The notes under the pieces: generated by a model | The model's input: only the letters and a program-made list of their open reading frames with translations | What the model was told of the DNA's origin: nothing | Database searches by the model: none | Shown: positions 60,156 to 64,000 of the stretch, one piece after another | Numbering within the stretch: the first letter of the stretch is position 1 | How the letters are laid out: the number at the start of each line of letters is the position of its first letter | Source: Anaerolineaceae bacterium | Lineage (GTDB): Bacteria > Chloroflexota > Anaerolineae > Anaerolineales > Anaerolineaceae | Direction: 5' to 3' | NCBI GenBank assembly: GCA_035342915.1 | Contig: DAOQYB010000012.1 | Span: 1,479-65,478 of the forward strand | Length of the DNA stretch: 64,000 bases | Program-made: the position numbers and the translations under genes

Positions 60156-61925
60156 GTGTTAAGGAGAACCGCGCCAGCGATACCGGGTACGCGCTGGCGC
60201 CTGGTGAGAAAAGTGGTGACACGACCAACCCCCATCATTGATTTTGATCACTTCACGTTTCAGTACTATTCCCAGGCGGAACCGACGCTGCAGGATATTA
60301 ACCTTAAGATCTACCCCGGCGAGAAGATCCTCATCGTCGGACCGAGCGGCAGCGGCAAGAGCACGCTGGGGCACTGCCTGAACGGCCTGATCCCTTTTTA
60401 CTATAAAGGCACCATCGAAGGCAGCCTGAAGATCAACGGCGTCGAGACCCGGGAACTGGATATATTCAAACTTTCCAAGATCCTCGGCACCGTGCTGCAG
60501 GACTCTGACGGGCAGTTCGTGGGGTTGACCGTGGGTGAAGATATCGCTTTCGCCATGGAGAACGACTGTGTGCCGCATGATGCCATGCACACGCGGGTTG
60601 ACCGCGTGGCCGGAATGGTGGATATCGCGCACGTCAAGAACCTGTCGCCTTACGAGCTTTCAGGCGGGCAGAAGCAACGCACCTCGCTGGCGGGAGTGCT
60701 CATCGATGATGTCGACATCCTGCTTTTTGATGAACCGCTGGCCAACCTGGATCCCGCCACCGGTAAGACCGCCATCGAGATCATCGACGACATTCACAAG
60801 CAGATGGGAAAAACCATCATTATCATCGAGCACAGGCTTGAAGATGTGCTGCACCGCGACGTTGACCGGGTGATTATGATCAATGATGGCCGGATCATCG
60901 CGGACAGGAACGCGCACGAACTGGTGAGCTCTGATATTCTGACGAGCAACGGCATCAGGGAGCCGCTGTATGTGACCGCGCTGAAATACGCCGGCATCAG
61001 GGTCACGCCTGAGATGAAACCCGGGCATATCTGGAGCCTGGATACCAGCGGGGTCAACGAAGCGCTGCGCACCTGGAACCGTTCAATCGCGACCCCGCCG
61101 CAGGCACCGCCCAAACCGCCGCTGCTGACCATTGACAAACTTTCATTTTCATACGACGGCCGGCGGCCAACCCTGGAGGACATCAATTTTGAGATCACCG
61201 AAGGGGAGATGGTCTCCATCGTGGGCAAGAACGGGGCGGGTAAATCGACGTTGGCCAAGCTGATGTGCGGCTTCGAAAAGGCGGACAAAGGCGCCATTTG
61301 TTACAGGGGTGCGGATATCCGGCACAAGTCCATTAAAGAACGCGCCGAGTTCATCGGTTTCGTGATGCAGAACCCCAACCAGATGATCTCGAAAAACCTG
61401 ATATTTGACGAGGTCGCGCTCGGGCTGCGGCTTCGCGGTGTCAAAGAAGAGGAGATCAAGGAGCGCGTGGAGCAGGTGCTGCAGGTTTGCGGACTGGCGC
61501 CTTTCATCGAGTGGCCGATCTCGGCGCTGAGCTACGGGCAGAAGAAACGCGTCACCATCGCCTCCATCCTGGTGCTCAGACCCAATATACTCATCCTGGA
61601 TGAGCCGACGGCTGGGCAGGACTACCGCCATTACAGCGAGATCATGGAGTTCCTGCGGCAGATCAATGAAACCGGTATCAGCATCATCCTCATCACGCAC
61701 GACATGCACCTGATGCTGGAGTACACACCGCGCGCCATTGTGCTCTCGGAAGGCCGGCTCGTCACAGATACCCGGGCATCGGTGGTGTTGACCACGCAGC
61801 AGGTTATTGAGAAAGCCAACCTCAAGGAGACCTCGCTCTACCAGCTGGCGCAGCTGGCGGGCATTGAAGATGGGACGCAATTTGTGCAGCACTTCATTGA
61901 CCATGAAAGGGTTGCTGTGCGGTGA
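60156..61925 (+). CDS. ECF transporter ATPase, fused duplicated A-A' component
   Basis: Two ABC cassettes: GPSGSGKST / LSGGQKQR / LLFDEP and GKNGAGKST / LSYGQKKR / LILDEP. The true start is probably one of the GTG codons at 60204-60216, after the 60171-60200 hairpin. Confidence 0.88.
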   Translation: MLRRTAPAIPGTRWRLVRKVVTRPTPIIDFDHFTFQYYSQAEPTLQDINLKIYPGEKILIVGPSGSGKSTLGHCLNGLIPFYYKGTIEGSLKINGVETRELDIFKLSKILGTVLQDSDGQFVGLTVGEDIAFAMENDCVPHDAMHTRVDRVAGMVDIAHVKNLSPYELSGGQKQRTSLAGVLIDDVDILLFDEPLANLDPATGKTAIEIIDDIHKQMGKTIIIIEHRLEDVLHRDVDRVIMINDGRIIADRNAHELVSSDILTSNGIREPLYVTALKYAGIRVTPEMKPGHIWSLDTSGVNEALRTWNRSIATPPQAPPKPPLLTIDKLSFSYDGRRPTLEDINFEITEGEMVSIVGKNGAGKSTLAKLMCGFEKADKGAICYRGADIRHKSIKERAEFIGFVMQNPNQMISKNLIFDEVALGLRLRGVKEEEIKERVEQVLQVCGLAPFIEWPISALSYGQKKRVTIASILVLRPNILILDEPTAGQDYRHYSEIMEFLRQINETGISIILITHDMHLMLEYTPRAIVLSEGRLVTDTRASVVLTTQQVIEKANLKETSLYQLAQLAGIEDGTQFVQHFIDHERVAVR

Positions 61926-62755
61926 AAACGAAACTCTTTTCATACAACTATGAAGACACGGTCATTCACAACCTTTCAGGGTTGATCAAGTTCATCTGTT
62001 TTCTGCTGCTGACCTTCGCCACCATGTACACCTATGACATCCGCGTGATCCTGGGGATGCTGGTATTTTCCGTGATCATTCTGCGCATCTCGCGCATCAG
62101 GTTCAGCCAGATAAAGGTCATGCTCATTTACGTAGTGATCTTCATCCTGGTCAATGCCATTTTCACCTTCTTTTTCTCTCCTGAACACGGGGTGACGCTT
62201 TACAACACGCGCCACCCGATAGCGCCGCTCTGGGGAGACAAAGCCCTGACGCAGGAACAGCTGCTCTACCAGGTGACACTGGCGTTTAAATACCTTTCGG
62301 TGGTGCCGCTGGGGATCATCTTTTTGCTGACCACCAACCCGAGCGAGTTTGCTTCATCGGTGAGCGGGGTGGGGGTGCCGTACAAGGCTTCCTTTGCCAT
62401 CTCGCTGACGCTGCGTTACTTCCCGGATATTTTGCGCGTGTACAACGACATCAGCCAGGCGCAGCAGGCGCGCGGGCTGGAAATGTCGGTGAAGGCGAAG
62501 ATGAAGGAGCGCGTAAAAAACTCGCTGATGATCATCATTCCCTTGATCTTCTCAACGCTGGAGCGCATCGAAGTGGTGACCAACGCCATGGACCTGCGCG
62601 GTTTTGGCAAAGAGAAACGCCGCACCTGGTACTGCGTGCAAAAGCTGCGCTCCGCGGATTACTACGCGCTGGCGGTCTCGATCATTGTGACCTTAATTGT
62701 GGCGGCAGTGGCGTATTTCATCAATCACGGACGTTATTTCAATCCCTTCATCTGA
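61922..62755 (+). CDS. ECF transporter T component (EcfT/CbiQ family)
   Basis: GTGA overlap with the ATPase gene. Multi-TM with a conserved ARG motif (QAQQARGLE). Confidence 0.85.
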   Translation: MKTKLFSYNYEDTVIHNLSGLIKFICFLLLTFATMYTYDIRVILGMLVFSVIILRISRIRFSQIKVMLIYVVIFILVNAIFTFFFSPEHGVTLYNTRHPIAPLWGDKALTQEQLLYQVTLAFKYLSVVPLGIIFLLTTNPSEFASSVSGVGVPYKASFAISLTLRYFPDILRVYNDISQAQQARGLEMSVKAKMKERVKNSLMIIIPLIFSTLERIEVVTNAMDLRGFGKEKRRTWYCVQKLRSADYYALAVSIIVTLIVAAVAYFINHGRYFNPFI

Positions 62756-62865
62756 CCGGCTTAATTCAATAATTCTTCCTTTATAATATTTATCAAGGGG
62801 GGCGCATAAAAACCGTTTATTGGTTGAAAACCGGTTTAATCAGGTGATCGCATCAGGAGGTGAGT

Positions 62866-63294
62866 TTGGAACTCGGGGCGTTTTCTGTCAGTCTCACAGT
62901 GAAGGATATCGTAACTTCAAGAGCCTTTTATGAGAAGCTGGGTTTTAAGGTGTTCATGGGAAACCAGGCTGAAAACTGGCTGATTCTTAAAAACGGCACC
63001 TGCGTGATCGGTTTATTCCAGGGGATGTTCGAAAAGAATCTGCTGACCTTTACACCGGGATGGAGCGCTGACGCGCAGCCGCTGGAAAAATTCATGGATA
63101 TCCGCGAGCTGCAACAGCAATTGCTGGTGCAGGGGATTGAAATCGATTCAGAAGTCACTCCCGGTACCAATGGTCCGGCGAGCTTCACACTGCGCGACCC
63201 GGATGGAAACCGGATCCTGTTTGATCAACACGTTTCGAGCAGCGATCAAGACCCTGATTTGAAAAAGGATGTTCAGAGGAGTAAGAATCATTGA
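62866..63294 (+). CDS. VOC (glyoxalase) family protein
   Basis: FYEKLGFKV...FTLRDPDGNRILF. TTG at 62866 is 5 nt after AGGAGG. The track GTG at 62860 overlaps the RBS. Confidence 0.8.
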   Translation: MELGAFSVSLTVKDIVTSRAFYEKLGFKVFMGNQAENWLILKNGTCVIGLFQGMFEKNLLTFTPGWSADAQPLEKFMDIRELQQQLLVQGIEIDSEVTPGTNGPASFTLRDPDGNRILFDQHVSSSDQDPDLKKDVQRSKNH

Positions 63295-64000
63295 AAACGA
63301 AGACGGTAGTGGCCGCGGCAGTGGGGGAATGCGTGCACGTGGCCGGAGTGATGAACTTTTTACGCCTGGCGGAGAGCAGCGGCTGGCGCACGGTGTTTCT
63401 GGGTCCGGCAGTGGATGTGAAGGAACTGCTGGCAGCAGCCAAACGCGAGAAGGCTGACCTGGTGGGAGTATCCTACCGGCTGACGGCCGAGACTGGCGAA
63501 CGGCTGCTGGCAGAATTTGCGGAAGAAGCCGATGAATTACGCGCGGCCGGGGTCAAGTTTTACTTCGCCGGCACCCCGCCGGTGGCGGCGCGCGCGCGGG
63601 CGATGGGATTTTTTACGCATGTGTTTGACGGCAGTGAAGAGGTGGAGGATGTGCTGGCGTCGCTCAAGGAGGAAAAAACCGCGGGCAGCGGGGAAGTGCG
63701 TTACCCGGATACCGCGCTGGAGCGCATGCGCTGGAAGGCGCCCTACCCGATACTGCGTCATCACTTCGGCCTGCCCACAATGGAAGCTACGCTTGCGGGC
63801 GTACGCCAAATTGCCGAGGCGCGCGTATTGGATGTGATCTCGCTGGGGGTAGACCAGGACGCGCAGGAGAATTTCTTCCATCCCGAGCGGCAGAACCCGC
63901 GCCGCACCGGGGCGGGAGGTGTGCCGGTGCGCTCAGCGCAGGATTACCGGGCGTTGTATCAAGCCAGCCGGCGCGGCAACCACCCGCTCTTGCGCACCTA
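63291..64000 (+). CDS. cobalamin(B12)-binding-domain-like protein, partial (runs off right edge)
   Basis: Open-ended ORF not in the track. Own translation: LKTKTVVAAAVGECVHVAGVMNFLRLAESSGWRTVFLGPAVDVKELLAAAKREKADLVGVSYRLTAETGERLL...AGVKFYFAGTP...ISLGVDQDAQENFFHPE. It has a Rossmann-like B12-binding-domain layout followed by a barrel-like domain. Family call is tentative. Confidence 0.55.
   Translation, partial: MKTKTVVAAAVGECVHVAGVMNFLRLAESSGWRTVFLGPAVDVKELLAAAKREKADLVGVSYRLTAETGERLLAEFAEEADELRAAGVKFYFAGTPPVAARARAMGFFTHVFDGSEEVEDVLASLKEEKTAGSGEVRYPDTALERMRWKAPYPILRHHFGLPTMEATLAGVRQIAEARVLDVISLGVDQDAQENFFHPERQNPRRTGAGGVPVRSAQDYRALYQASRRGNHPLLRT

Noticed and set aside
1-64000. tRNA, rRNA, tmRNA, integrase, transposase and phage genes that could delimit a mobile element around the par/rep locus.
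   Set aside because: I found no GGTTCGAATCC-type T-arm or other tRNA-like sequence in the intergenic regions, and no ORF with recombinase or transposase motifs. Island boundaries therefore cannot be defined from this window.

Overview
GC-rich bacterial segment, about 70% G+C in typical coding lines, with AT-rich intergenic gaps. It carries about 65 protein genes. I found no rRNA, tRNA, CRISPR array, transposase, integrase or phage gene. Protein style suggests a Chloroflexota/Anaerolineae-like organism: many Cys-lipobox lipoproteins with Pro/Thr-rich linkers, LysM-M23 and LVIVD/beta-helix surface proteins, and zinc-ribbon membrane proteins. That assignment is inference only. Most genes are ordinary housekeeping or envelope genes: Hsp20, ADP-forming acetyl-CoA synthetase, two MFS transporters, PlsC, two M23 peptidases, two MerR and one TetR regulators, SDR, GrpB, PPOX, CcdA/thioredoxin, HI0933 and CrtI-like flavoproteins, MazEF, OsmC, two CPBP proteases, ZIP, M29 aminopeptidase, a DUF62 SAM hydrolase and a dedicated ECF transporter. 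The stand-out region is 30.45-36.7 kb, which looks like a plasmid-type basic replicon. It holds two different partition cassettes in tandem (parA-parB, then parA-RHH). It also holds three distinct repeat families: a 24-25 bp periodic TGCA array, four 12-bp direct repeats, and GTGTAACC..GGTTACAC palindromes. Divergently transcribed from these are an ExeA/ORC-like AAA+ ATPase, a small ORF, and a protein joining a DnaA-domain-I-like N-terminus to a wHTH-like C-terminus. No mobility genes are nearby. Secondary observations: (1) four perfect GAAC-N4-GTTC (Gram-positive-type SOS box) palindromes, one in front of a HIRAN-like gene; (2) a MITE/REP-like dispersed repeat at three loci; (3) a translationally coupled MerR-vWA pair; (4) a ccdA gene that seems to start at ATA inside an ATAA stop/start overlap; (5) an untracked 53-aa membrane ORF; (6) a low-GC LVIVD/beta-helix gene. 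All family calls come from motif recognition by eye. No database search was run.
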